Shown: positions 1-9,775 of the stretch, one piece after another
Layout: the number at the start of each line of letters is the position of its first letter
How positions within the stretch are numbered: the first letter of the stretch is position 1
Assembly (NCBI GenBank): GCA_964387865.1
Contig: CAYLXC010000002.1
Location: 18,676 to 82,675 of the forward strand
Direction of reading: 5' to 3'
DNA length: 64,000 nucleotides
Origin: an uncultured Gammaproteobacteria bacterium
Lineage (GTDB): Bacteria; Patescibacteriota; Microgenomatia; Daviesbacterales; UBA10151
The notes under the pieces: generated by a model
The model's database searches: none
What the model saw: only the letters and a program-made list of their open reading frames with translations
What the model was told of the DNA's origin: nothing
Translations under genes and position numbers: made by a program

Positions 1-1
1 T

Positions 2-1555
2 AATCCAGTGTTTCTTTCTACTTTTTGGGTTCCCGCCACCATATTTGTTCTAAATCAATTATGGCAGACAAGAAAAAATAAAAAAAATATTTTAGAGATA
101 CTTGTAAGTTTTGCAGTTGGATTAATACTTTGGTCGGCAGTTAACTTTTGGTGGTTATATCCAACATTAAATTTAGGAAGTTCCTGGACTGACCAAACTG
201 GACAAACATGGCAATCAGATTTAAGTTCATTGCATGCAGTTAGTAAATATTTTCCTGTTTGGGAAATTTTGCTTCTTCGTCAAAGCTGGTATCTGGGGCA
301 TGAAAACGATTGGTTTGATTTCTACCATAATCCTTTTATTTATCTTATTGGTTTAATGATACTTCTGATAGCTATTTATGGTGTTATTAAAAGTAAAGGT
401 TTTACTTATTGGAAATATTTAATAGTTCTTGCAGTAGTGGGATTATTTATCTCTAAAGGAACTAGCTTTCCTTTCGGATATACATTTTTTGAAATACTTT
501 TTTCAAAATTTTCTCTTACTGTTGCACTGCGAAATTCGTATGAAAAATTTGGAATAGTTTGGTTGCTACCTTATACAGTATTTTTTGCAATCGGATTTAG
601 TGTTCTTCTTCAAAAGTTTAACAAGATAAAAAGATATATAGTTGGAGGAATCATAATCTCTCTATCTTATGGATTACTAGTCTATCCTATGTGGACAGGT
701 GATATTTTTCCACAAAAACATAGACTTAATATTCCTCAATATTATATTGATGCAAATAACTATTTAAAGAAATACTCTGATAATAGAATTTTTCATATTC
801 CGTTTATTTTAGAAATTGAAAGATTGAGCTATTCGTGGGGCTATGTAGGAGAAGATCCATCAGATAACTTATTTGATCCTGAACCTGCTTCAAAACGAGG
901 AGTACCTCCTTATAGTTTGTTTTATAAACAGATGAGTAATCATTTAGAGAATAAGGAATTCTCTAGAATTCTAGGCTTATTAGGTATTGAAAATGTAATT
1001 TTTCATAAAGACAACATCTATCCCAAAATAGATTTAAAGAAAACGCAAGATGTTATCGAGAGTTGGAAAGGGATTAATGAAAAAAAAGAATTCGGTCTTT
1101 TAACTGTCTATTCACTAGATCAAGAATTAATTAGACCTCGAATTTTTACTGCTAATTCCTTTATCCACGTTCAATCAGTTGAAGAAGGAATACTTAAGAT
1201 ATTAAATGGAGCCATTGACTACATAAGTACTGTTTTTATATTGGAACAAAACACTATATTGGCACAAGATCTAATTCCCGATCCCTCATTGTTTTTGAAT
1301 GTCAAGAAAATGAGTAGTCCTAATATAACTTTTGAGAAAAAATCTAATGATTCTTATAAGGTGGTTGTTAAAGACGCCAAAGCACCGGTTATACTTGTTT
1401 TAAACAATACTTTTGATAAGTCATGGCAAGCTAAGATTGGAAAAGAAACAATTGTAAATCACATTTTTGTTAACGGTTTTGCTAACGGATGGATTATTGG
1501 AAATATAGGAGATTATGAGGTGAATATTAATCTTAAGGTTTGGCCGTGGGATTAA
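2..1555 (+). CDS. 5'-truncated AftD/YfhO-like polytopic membrane glycosyltransferase (GT-C type)
   Basis: Frame is open from base 2. Many TM segments. Motifs NFWWLYP, ISKGTSFPFG, LRNSYEKF and C-terminal FDKSW...VNGFANGW are shared with the paralogues at 4013, 37850, 41816 and 44468. Confidence 0.7.
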   Translation, partial: NPVFLSTFWVPATIFVLNQLWQTRKNKKNILEILVSFAVGLILWSAVNFWWLYPTLNLGSSWTDQTGQTWQSDLSSLHAVSKYFPVWEILLLRQSWYLGHENDWFDFYHNPFIYLIGLMILLIAIYGVIKSKGFTYWKYLIVLAVVGLFISKGTSFPFGYTFFEILFSKFSLTVALRNSYEKFGIVWLLPYTVFFAIGFSVLLQKFNKIKRYIVGGIIISLSYGLLVYPMWTGDIFPQKHRLNIPQYYIDANNYLKKYSDNRIFHIPFILEIERLSYSWGYVGEDPSDNLFDPEPASKRGVPPYSLFYKQMSNHLENKEFSRILGLLGIENVIFHKDNIYPKIDLKKTQDVIESWKGINEKKEFGLLTVYSLDQELIRPRIFTANSFIHVQSVEEGILKILNGAIDYISTVFILEQNTILAQDLIPDPSLFLNVKKMSSPNITFEKKSNDSYKVVVKDAKAPVILVLNNTFDKSWQAKIGKETIVNHIFVNGFANGWIIGNIGDYEVNINLKVWPWD

Positions 1556-1563
1556 ACTTCTTT

Positions 1564-2334
1564 TTATAAATAGTTTAACAATTCTCCTTTTTTAATAAAG
1601 ATAGAATTTTCGTGTGCCATTGGTTCAAAAAGTGGATAAAAGTAGGAATCCTGCATCCTTCCTTTATAAATAAATCCTAATTTAGTTAGACCGGTATAAA
1701 TATCCTCAAAAAAACATGAATTTTTCCAGGTCTCAACAAAACCGGTTTCTACTATTATTAATGAAGCTTGTTTTAATAACTTCTGTCCACCTTTTATAAT
1801 TAAATCTTCTGTACCTTCGGTATCCATCTTAATAAAAATAGGTTTTTTTAATTTCTTATTGCTAAAATATCGATCTAATGTTGTAACCTCGACACTGTAG
1901 TTTTTTGCTACATATTTATTATGTATTTTAGGGTTTGGTTTTAAAAAAGATGATGCTGCTAAGAAATTATATTCATAAAAATTTTTATTGCCTGTATAAT
2001 CAGTTAACGCTAGATTTTCAACAATAAATTTATTAGATTTAATTTTCGATTTAATTAAACTGATCTTCTGTTTAAGCGGCTCGAAAGCATATATATCTGT
2101 TTGTGGAGAAATATAATTAATCACTTTAGAAACATTTCCGTCTAGAGCGCCGATATCTATGAATGTACCAATTTTGAATTTACTGATCCATTCAAACTGG
2201 AGATATTGTGGTAAATATGCACCTTTAAATGGAAGTATTAAAAGATTAGGTCTTGATAAAAGATAAAACGCAAAAAAAATGTAATTTTTGATTACGGCTC
2301 TAAAAAATTTATATATTTTTGATATGTTTTTCAT
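1564..2334 (-). CDS. FkbM family SAM-dependent methyltransferase
   Basis: FIDIGALDG, YAFEP, TTLDRYF and FIKMDTEGTE are typical FkbM motifs. Confidence 0.88.
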   Translation of the reverse strand: MKNISKIYKFFRAVIKNYIFFAFYLLSRPNLLILPFKGAYLPQYLQFEWISKFKIGTFIDIGALDGNVSKVINYISPQTDIYAFEPLKQKISLIKSKIKSNKFIVENLALTDYTGNKNFYEYNFLAASSFLKPNPKIHNKYVAKNYSVEVTTLDRYFSNKKLKKPIFIKMDTEGTEDLIIKGGQKLLKQASLIIVETGFVETWKNSCFFEDIYTGLTKLGFIYKGRMQDSYFYPLFEPMAHENSIFIKKGELLNYL

Positions 2335-2358
2335 AACCTTAGACTTATTCTGAAATGG

Positions 2359-3048
2359 TTAGTTCTTAAAAAAATAGAAACAAGTATTATTTACAAACGG
2401 TATATTAAACTTCACAGGAAATCCAAAGCTAAAAATTGAATGAAATCTATATAAAAAAGGAATAAAAGCAACCCTAGTAAATGATATTTCTCTATACCCC
2501 AAGCTTTTTCCTACACTTATCCAAAACGGCGGTTCATGAACATTAATATGCATAGGGTCTGCCAAAGTCTGTTTTGTTGGGGTTGGAGTAGAGAAGACTA
2601 ATGTGTCCTCCTTTTTAAGCAGTTTTTTCATATTTTCTAAAGCTTTTTTTGGATTCTTTAAATATTCAACAACTTCAAGAGCAAAAATATAGTCATATTT
2701 CTGTTTAATAGCTACTTCTTTCTCTATATCTAGAACTTCAAACTCTATATCACTTTGTAGTTTGCTTGCTTTTTCAATAATAAATTCTGAAATATCAGAT
2801 GCGACAACTTTAAAGCGGTTCTCTTTTAAGATTTTTGCAAAAGATCCAATAGCACAGCCTATCTCCAAAACATACTTACCTTCTCCATTTTTTATTGGAA
2901 GTAATTTATTTAAAAGATTAACCCAACTCTTAAACCACCTATAATAATACATAAACTCAGAATGGTTGTATTTTTTAAAGAATATGCCAAAATATCTTTT
3001 ATCAAACTCATCTTTACCATGTTGCATAACCTTAAATTTATAAAGCAT
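2359..3048 (-). CDS. Class I SAM-dependent methyltransferase
   Basis: VLEIGCAIG motif I, YDYIFALEVVEYL, VFSTP. Alternative start ATG at 3027. Confidence 0.85.
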   Translation of the reverse strand: MLYKFKVMQHGKDEFDKRYFGIFFKKYNHSEFMYYYRWFKSWVNLLNKLLPIKNGEGKYVLEIGCAIGSFAKILKENRFKVVASDISEFIIEKASKLQSDIEFEVLDIEKEVAIKQKYDYIFALEVVEYLKNPKKALENMKKLLKKEDTLVFSTPTPTKQTLADPMHINVHEPPFWISVGKSLGYREISFTRVAFIPFLYRFHSIFSFGFPVKFNIPFVNNTCFYFFKN

Positions 3049-3056
3049 TTTTATTG

Positions 3057-3920
3057 TTACTCCTTTTTAGTCAATATCATAAGCCCGAGAGGTGATTCTC
3101 CTATTAAGTAAAAAAAGGTTTCCAGTATAAACGCTATAGGTGCCCCCACAATTAAGAGAGTAAGTGTGGGTAAATTTTTAATCACACCCAATCTTAAATC
3201 TAATGTGGGCAATTTTAATATCTGTATAATACCTGCAAGTAGGCAGTATGGAGAATACTGATAAGACATAATGCCTCTTTGAGCAAGTACCTTTAAATTA
3301 TTTTTTTTGGCAATATTTCTTATTCCGGTCTCTGTAAAATGGAATAAGTGTCTGGGAATATCACGCTGAAGCCAATATTTTCCTAAAATCTTTGACTCAA
3401 AGGAATCAAATCGTGGATATTCAACAAAGATGAGTCCGTTTTTTTTGAGCAAGGATGTTGCTTTTTTTAGAAATTTTATAGGGGTAGAAACATGTTCCAA
3501 ACTTTCCAAAAAAACAATTGCATCAAATCTTTTATTTGTTTTCCACCTTAGGAAGTCTACTTTAATTATATTTTTATTTTTAACTTTTGCACCCGGAAAC
3601 TCTAAATTTGTCATATTAAAATCTTGACCAAGCATTTTCCCAAATACGCCTTCACCGGAACCCACATCTAATACCTCTCCATTTGACAAATATTTTTTGA
3701 ACCATCTAACCCTTAGTTTTTGGAGAGAATTATGTAAACCTTGTCTCAAAGTAGAGAATCTACCTTGATTTTGCCAGTAAATTTCTGGGTAATATATTGA
3801 CATATTTTTAGGAACAGGTGAGACAAACCCATTTTGACAATTATCACAGAAATAAAGGTTAAATTTATTTTTATCAAGAAGCCTGATATTTTTACCATTA
3901 CGACAAAGAGAACAACTCAT
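3057..3920 (-). CDS. Class I SAM-dependent methyltransferase with N-terminal CxxC-CxxC (Methyltransf_23-like)
   Basis: CSLC...CDNC, VLDVGSGEG, FDAIVFLESLEH, DIPRHLFHF. Confidence 0.85.
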   Translation of the reverse strand: MSCSLCRNGKNIRLLDKNKFNLYFCDNCQNGFVSPVPKNMSIYYPEIYWQNQGRFSTLRQGLHNSLQKLRVRWFKKYLSNGEVLDVGSGEGVFGKMLGQDFNMTNLEFPGAKVKNKNIIKVDFLRWKTNKRFDAIVFLESLEHVSTPIKFLKKATSLLKKNGLIFVEYPRFDSFESKILGKYWLQRDIPRHLFHFTETGIRNIAKKNNLKVLAQRGIMSYQYSPYCLLAGIIQILKLPTLDLRLGVIKNLPTLTLLIVGAPIAFILETFFYLIGESPLGLMILTKKE

Positions 3921-4012
3921 ATATTCAATCAGACGATTATAGCTTATATTTGGCCAATTCTGAAGTTGTCATTCAAATGAAAGAATAGTACAGTATTACA
4001 AACTTTAGATTA

Positions 4013-6214
4013 ATGAAAATAGTTATTTCAATTTTTTGTCTGGCCACCATTTTAATTGTGATTTGGTTTAGAGACGGCAATATTATGGGGACAGCCGAAG
4101 ATAGCCTCATATTTTACAATATTTCCCGTTTCCTGCCGGAATCACAGTATGCCTGGATGGAGCACCCGGGACTTGGCAGAGTAACCGTACACTTAACTGC
4201 AGCTAGGCCAACTTATGAAGCGCTTAATTTTTTGCAAGTATTAGGTTTTCCTAATTATTTAATTCAGGCATTAACTTTTTGGTTTATCCTTGTTAGTGCG
4301 GGTTTAGGAGTTTATTTAACCGTTAAAGAATTTTTCCCTCAACTTCAAAATAGATATGTTCTGCTTTCAGTTTTATTCTACTTATTTAATCCCCTGTCTT
4401 TAGTAAATGTCTGGAATAGATTTTTATCGGATTACATCTTTGCTTTTGGCTTGCTGCCAATTGTAACTTTTATATTTATAAAGGGACTCAAGAAAAAGAA
4501 TTATCTTTGGAGTCTTGTTTTAGTTTTGGTACTCCCTCTCTATAGCTTTGCTTTTACTTACCTAGCATTCGACATTCTTTTATGGATATTCTTTTTTACT
4601 CTGACTTTGCTTTTCTTTGTAACCAATAAAGAATTAAATGCTCGAATATTTTATATTAAATATTTTTTTCTTACCCTTTTATTGTTTTCACTTACTAATC
4701 TTTGGTGGATCGGTCAGCTAATGAGTCTTAAGCTGTTTAAAAATATTCACTCATCGGTCCTTAATTTTGATATTTCCGGTAATTTAGACATTCTGGATGC
4801 CCTAAGCAAAAAAATGGGCAATCTATCCGACATCTTTAGACTGACAAATGCATCCTTTCTTAATGAAAATTCGCTTTGGTGGGTAAAAACTTTTCACTCG
4901 CTACCTTTTGTTATAATGCAATACCTGATCACATCTTTGATACTTTACTCAATTATTCGGGGTATTAGAAATAAGTCTGTATTAATTTTGGGTGGGTTAT
5001 TTTTTGTAAGCATATATTTGGCAAAAGGGATAAACCCCCCTTTCGGAGAATTGTATAAGTTAATTTTTACAAGCGTTCCATTTTTACAGGTCTTTCGCAA
5101 TCCTTTTGAAAAAGCATCGTTTATTTTAGCTTTATCGGCTACTCTATTAATAGGTTTTAGCGTATTCAACCTTGTTCGGCAACTTCCTAAAAAATTTGGA
5201 AATTTACTATATTTTGGTCTGTTGTGCTTTATTGTCTTAGTATGGGGTTTTCCGTTTTATACAGGATGGGTATTTACATCGCCGGATCCGCCAACAAATA
5301 ATTATAAGGTGGGATATAAAGTTAAAGTTCCTCATTATTATCATGAAGCTGATGGGTGGCTTAAAGGTAAGGGTGATAACTTCCGGTTTATTGGTTTTCC
5401 ACTGGGTGATGAAGGGATAACTTATAACTGGGAGAAAGGTTACTCAGGCGTAGAGCTTTCAACAGCTCTTTTTGCAACCCCGGGAATCTTACATAATACT
5501 GCAGTTCCATATTATCATGAGCTGGTTCCCCACATACAGAAGACCCTACTTTCTCAAGACAATTTCCTAAAGTTGGCAAACGTTTTAAATGTAAAATTTC
5601 TTTTTATCCGCCATGATATTGATTATAAGTTAAGGAAGATGGAAAATCCCGCTATCATTGATAAAAACTTTGCCGAAAGACAGAAGAATAATCAGATCAA
5701 AAAGGTTGCTAATTTTGGTCAGCTAAGTTTTTGGGAAAACATGCAATGGAAAGACAGGACTTTTTATCCTGGCAGAAGGATTGTGAAAAGTTCAAACGAT
5801 CAGCAAGTGTCGGAATTAACTGCTGTAGATGTGAATGAGGATGAAGTATTAATGGATGCAAAAAATATTCAAGCGTTAAATTCTGAGTCCGAGGTTAGTA
5901 TATCTTATGAAAAAATTAATCCTACCAGATATATTGTTCATGTTAAGAATGCGTCTCCTTTTATTTTAGTTTTTTCCGAGCTTTTCAACAACGCCTGGCA
6001 GGCATTTTATGAGGACAACAAACTTGACAAACATTTTAGAGTTAATTTCTATGCCAACGGATGGTATATTGAAAGAAGGGGAAATTATGATATTTTGATT
6101 GAATTTATCCCACAAAGATTACTTTTGGCAGGAGAAAAAATTTCATCTTTTTCATATGCTTCAGTCCTTTTGATATTATTTATTTATCTATTTAGAAAAA
6201 AATGGAAAGCATGA
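4013..6214 (+). CDS. AftD/YfhO-like polytopic membrane glycosyltransferase (GT-C type)
   Basis: About 12 TM segments, YLFNP, LAKGINPPFG, FRNPFEK, then an extracytoplasmic domain ending FSELFNNAW...VNFYANGW and a terminal TM. Confidence 0.72.
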   Translation: MKIVISIFCLATILIVIWFRDGNIMGTAEDSLIFYNISRFLPESQYAWMEHPGLGRVTVHLTAARPTYEALNFLQVLGFPNYLIQALTFWFILVSAGLGVYLTVKEFFPQLQNRYVLLSVLFYLFNPLSLVNVWNRFLSDYIFAFGLLPIVTFIFIKGLKKKNYLWSLVLVLVLPLYSFAFTYLAFDILLWIFFFTLTLLFFVTNKELNARIFYIKYFFLTLLLFSLTNLWWIGQLMSLKLFKNIHSSVLNFDISGNLDILDALSKKMGNLSDIFRLTNASFLNENSLWWVKTFHSLPFVIMQYLITSLILYSIIRGIRNKSVLILGGLFFVSIYLAKGINPPFGELYKLIFTSVPFLQVFRNPFEKASFILALSATLLIGFSVFNLVRQLPKKFGNLLYFGLLCFIVLVWGFPFYTGWVFTSPDPPTNNYKVGYKVKVPHYYHEADGWLKGKGDNFRFIGFPLGDEGITYNWEKGYSGVELSTALFATPGILHNTAVPYYHELVPHIQKTLLSQDNFLKLANVLNVKFLFIRHDIDYKLRKMENPAIIDKNFAERQKNNQIKKVANFGQLSFWENMQWKDRTFYPGRRIVKSSNDQQVSELTAVDVNEDEVLMDAKNIQALNSESEVSISYEKINPTRYIVHVKNASPFILVFSELFNNAWQAFYEDNKLDKHFRVNFYANGWYIERRGNYDILIEFIPQRLLLAGEKISSFSYASVLLILFIYLFRKKWKA

Positions 6215-6420
6215 TTTATTGGTTAGTTTTAGGGATATTAATCGTTGCAGCTGCTTCTTTTAAAAAGAGAGCATCATTCTATCTTTCTTTAGCTTTTTAT
6301 CTTTTTATGGCTGGAGCAATACTTAGAATTATCGGTATAAATGATATAGCAGAGCTAATAATGAGGATAAGCCTTATAGGATGGTTAGTTGGACTAGGTC
6401 TATCTTTTAAGCAGTTGTGA
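6211..6420 (+). CDS. Small membrane protein (about 3 TM), paralogue of 41331..41648
   Basis: ATG overlaps the upstream stop (ATGA at 6211-6214). IYWLVL...AELIMRIS resembles IYWLVL...GEFIMRLS of the 41331 protein. Confidence 0.75.
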   Translation: MIYWLVLGILIVAAASFKKRASFYLSLAFYLFMAGAILRIIGINDIAELIMRISLIGWLVGLGLSFKQL

Positions 6421-7968
6421 GAGTTTGTCTCTTGTAGTAGCGGTTGTGTCTATTAATTTATCAGTGCCTTCTAGCTGAAAGGTAAGTATATTTGTGAGAG
6501 ATATAGGTTGTTCCGGTAGCCCATGCTTAATTAAAGATTTTCCATCCGTCACGGCAGAAATTGATTCTTCAAAACTGCCTAAAGTTACCACTGATTTATA
6601 ATCAGCTAGGCCGTAAATAAGTTGTATTCTGGATGGAAAACCAAAAGTTAATACATTATGAACAATTTCTCCGTTCTCTCCTGTAAAATAAAATGCCAGT
6701 GGTCCTTTTGAAAAATCATCCTTTGAGAATTTTGGTATTTGTGACCAAATCTTATTACTTAACTGTTGATTTCTAACAGCCAACAGTTTGTTAAGGTAGC
6801 TACTAGTTGAAAAAAGATGAATTAGTGTTATTGTTAAAACAAGCAATAACATTATAAGCTTATTCTTTTTATCATGAACTATACTGATAAGAGCTGCTAG
6901 GAATAAGGAGAAACCCCCGGCAGAGATTATTAAATATCTATGAGTTGTGGGAAACATAAAGTTTGGGTCACGAATCCATGGTATTAAGAGAGGGAAAAGA
7001 GTCCAAAGTAGGGATATTATGAATATATCTGCAAGATAAGATTTTCTTTGTTTGATAACTAGCACTAGCCATACAATAATCAAAATCCCTCCAATTAGTG
7101 CAAATGGGATTTCAAACGTTCCTGAAAGATTTGGAATAAACATTCCCCCTATTTCTGCTAAGGCGTACAGCAAAAATTCGGACTGCCCATTTTGAATCAA
7201 TTTAAGACTTGATTCGACCCCTATTATCACTGTGGTTGCTATTCCTTTTGTTGAGGGTTTTATAGTTTGTTTATCCCAATCTGGGGATGAATATGTGGTA
7301 GTGCCTAGTAACAAAAATAGAAATATTAAAATTAACAATGATAATCTTAGGATTACTCTTTTCAATATTCGGGAATCACGATTATTAAGCAGCCAAAAAA
7401 GTTCTATGGAAATAATTAAAGGAACAAGACTGGTAGTTCTTATAGGTGAGCTAATTATGGTTGTATAAAAGAGGCTAGATGTTAGGATTAGTGATTTTAA
7501 TTTTGTATTTTCCCTCAATTTTATAAAAAAGTAAAGAAAAAAATTGAAAAAAGTTACTGTTAAATAAGAAGTCATATTGAAAACCCAATTTGTAGTTTCT
7601 AATCCGATGGGGGTGATAGAGAAAAAAAGAATGGCAAAAAAAGAAGCCAATTTATTTTTAGTAAGAAGGAGTGTAATGGGATAAAAAGAGAAAGATGCGA
7701 GGAGTCTCATTAAATAGGAGATGATATAATATGGTGCTGATTGGAAATCAAAAATTCTTGATAATAATCCCGTGGTGATATCTTGTGGACCATATAAGGT
7801 TTGAAAATATGTAAGGTGATTCCAAACTCCTTTTGAGAATATTCCTACCATTAATTCGTATCTCCATGCAGTTACCCAAAAATCTCCAAAAACAGCAAGA
7901 TTAAATGAAGGAAAGAAGACATACAGACTGGTAGATACTATTATGAGGATTGCTAAAAAATAATACAT
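6400..7968 (-). CDS. Polytopic membrane protein, putative GT-C glycosyltransferase (family B, divergent member)
   Basis: N-terminal TM followed by FGDFW, many TMs, THRYLIISAGG, and a C-terminal soluble domain related to 22131, 24027, 25897, 27778 and 33340. Confidence 0.65.
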   Translation of the reverse strand: MYYFLAILIIVSTSLYVFFPSFNLAVFGDFWVTAWRYELMVGIFSKGVWNHLTYFQTLYGPQDITTGLLSRIFDFQSAPYYIISYLMRLLASFSFYPITLLLTKNKLASFFAILFFSITPIGLETTNWVFNMTSYLTVTFFNFFLYFFIKLRENTKLKSLILTSSLFYTTIISSPIRTTSLVPLIISIELFWLLNNRDSRILKRVILRLSLLILIFLFLLLGTTTYSSPDWDKQTIKPSTKGIATTVIIGVESSLKLIQNGQSEFLLYALAEIGGMFIPNLSGTFEIPFALIGGILIIVWLVLVIKQRKSYLADIFIISLLWTLFPLLIPWIRDPNFMFPTTHRYLIISAGGFSLFLAALISIVHDKKNKLIMLLLVLTITLIHLFSTSSYLNKLLAVRNQQLSNKIWSQIPKFSKDDFSKGPLAFYFTGENGEIVHNVLTFGFPSRIQLIYGLADYKSVVTLGSFEESISAVTDGKSLIKHGLPEQPISLTNILTFQLEGTDKLIDTTATTRDKLSQLLKR

Positions 7969-8534
7969 TATATTTTTTTAATGTTTTCCAAGTAAAATGC
8001 AAAATGAGAGAATGGATACCAAAAGGGTTTTGATAGCTGTTTAACTTTAAAATTTATTCCCATTTGCTTAAATATTTTCTGCCAATCTTTAATATCTCTG
8101 AATGACAACGGTATATACAGTTGTCCATAATGTAATTTGTTAAGGATAGTATCTGCAAACTTACCATAAAAGGTAGGCTGAGCTTCAAATACTAGTACTG
8201 TTTTCGCCACCCTCAAAGCTTCCTGCAAAATACTTCTTTGGTCTTGCATCTTAACATGGTGTAGTACATCATTTAGTAAGACAACATCATAACTTTTATT
8301 TGAGAAAGGAAGCCTACTGTTTGATATTTTTACAAATGGTAAATCATAAGTTAAATGATTTTCAATGTCGCAGACTGTAATATTTACTCCTAAGTTAATT
8401 CTTAAAAAGTTTGCAACAGCCCCGTTACCGCATCCCATATCAAGGACCCTATCGCTTTTTTTAATCCAGTTTTTGTAAGCATTCATTATCAATTTACATC
8501 TGTATGGCATAGTTAATGTTGCAATGTTAATCAT
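7968..8534 (-). CDS. Class I SAM-dependent methyltransferase (Methyltransf_11-like)
   Basis: VLDMGCGNG, LPFSNKSYDVVLLNDVLHH. Start set at ATG 8534 to avoid overlapping the divergent gene. Confidence 0.85.
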   Translation of the reverse strand: MINIATLTMPYRCKLIMNAYKNWIKKSDRVLDMGCGNGAVANFLRINLGVNITVCDIENHLTYDLPFVKISNSRLPFSNKSYDVVLLNDVLHHVKMQDQRSILQEALRVAKTVLVFEAQPTFYGKFADTILNKLHYGQLYIPLSFRDIKDWQKIFKQMGINFKVKQLSKPFWYPFSHFAFYLENIKKI

Positions 8535-8584
8535 GGTATTATTTAAATTTAGTAGATCATATAATATTAAGACATTTGTATAAA

Positions 8585-9775
8585 ATGACAAGATTTAACT
8601 TTCATATTTTTGCCAATGCTGCATTAGGTAAAGGATTATCTGGTGGGGATAGGATTTTTATTGAATTTGCAAAAAGATTAAGTATTCACCAGAAGGTGAT
8701 AGTTTATGTATGGCAAGAAGGATATGAGATGTGTAGACGGCAGGGTTTATCTGAGTGTGTAAATTTTAAGATATTAAATGTTAATTTTTGGTGTAAATTT
8801 GGTTTTTTAATATGCTACATTGCCAGAATTTTTAAATCTATCTGGTTTGCTATTATAACCAAGATAGATAATAGTGAGAAAACTATTATCTATTCAGCAT
8901 CGGAATTTTGGATGGATTCACTCCCGGCATTTATTTTGAAGCTTAGATTTCCTCAGGTAAGGTGGGTAGCGGGTTGGTTCCAAACTGCCCCAAATCCTTT
9001 TACAGGTTTTACGGAGGGGGTAAGAGAAAGACAATATAGATTATCAGCATTTTTTTATTGGTTTGTGCAACTTCCTATAAAACCATTAATTAGAAGATGG
9101 GCAGATTTTGTTTTGGTTAATAATGAGCTAGAAAAAAAACAATTTAATAAACTTGATAAATTGGGTAGAGTATTGGTAATTCTTGGAGCTGTGAATATAG
9201 AAGATATTAGCCAATATCTTAGAAAGAACAAGGACTTGCCTAAAATTTATGATGTCGTTTTCCAGGGTAGATTTCACCCTCAAAAGGGTGTGATAGAGCT
9301 TATCGATATTTGGAAGTTTGTGACTAGTAGACTTCCGAATGCTAAACTTGCCATGATTGGAGATGGTCCTCTGATGGATCTAGTTAAGAAAAAGATAGAT
9401 GATCTTAGATTACAAAAGAATATAAAACTTTTCGGTTATGTTTTTGATGGGCCAAAAAAATACGGGATTTTTTCTGAAAGTAAGTTAGTAGTCCATCCAG
9501 CATTTTTTGATTCTGGAGGAATGGCTGCCCAAGAAGCGATGGCTTTTGGTCTGCCTTGTATTGGATTTGATTTAAGTTCCTATAAATCCTACTTTCCCAG
9601 CGGGATAGTTAAGGTTGCAGTTGGAGATTTGCAAGGATTTGCCAATATTATAGCTGAATTATTAGAAAATAAAAATAAAAGGGATAGGATTGGTAGGGAA
9701 GCTCAAAAAATGATTAATGAAAATTGGAGCTGGGATAAAAGAGTTGAACAGCTTACGACTATTTTAAAAACCTAG
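8585..9775 (+). CDS. Glycosyltransferase family 4 (GT-B)
   Basis: LSGGDRI, FQGRFHPQKG, IGDGP, FDSGGMAAQEAMAFGLP, WSWD. Confidence 0.9.
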   Translation: MTRFNFHIFANAALGKGLSGGDRIFIEFAKRLSIHQKVIVYVWQEGYEMCRRQGLSECVNFKILNVNFWCKFGFLICYIARIFKSIWFAIITKIDNSEKTIIYSASEFWMDSLPAFILKLRFPQVRWVAGWFQTAPNPFTGFTEGVRERQYRLSAFFYWFVQLPIKPLIRRWADFVLVNNELEKKQFNKLDKLGRVLVILGAVNIEDISQYLRKNKDLPKIYDVVFQGRFHPQKGVIELIDIWKFVTSRLPNAKLAMIGDGPLMDLVKKKIDDLRLQKNIKLFGYVFDGPKKYGIFSESKLVVHPAFFDSGGMAAQEAMAFGLPCIGFDLSSYKSYFPSGIVKVAVGDLQGFANIIAELLENKNKRDRIGREAQKMINENWSWDKRVEQLTTILKT

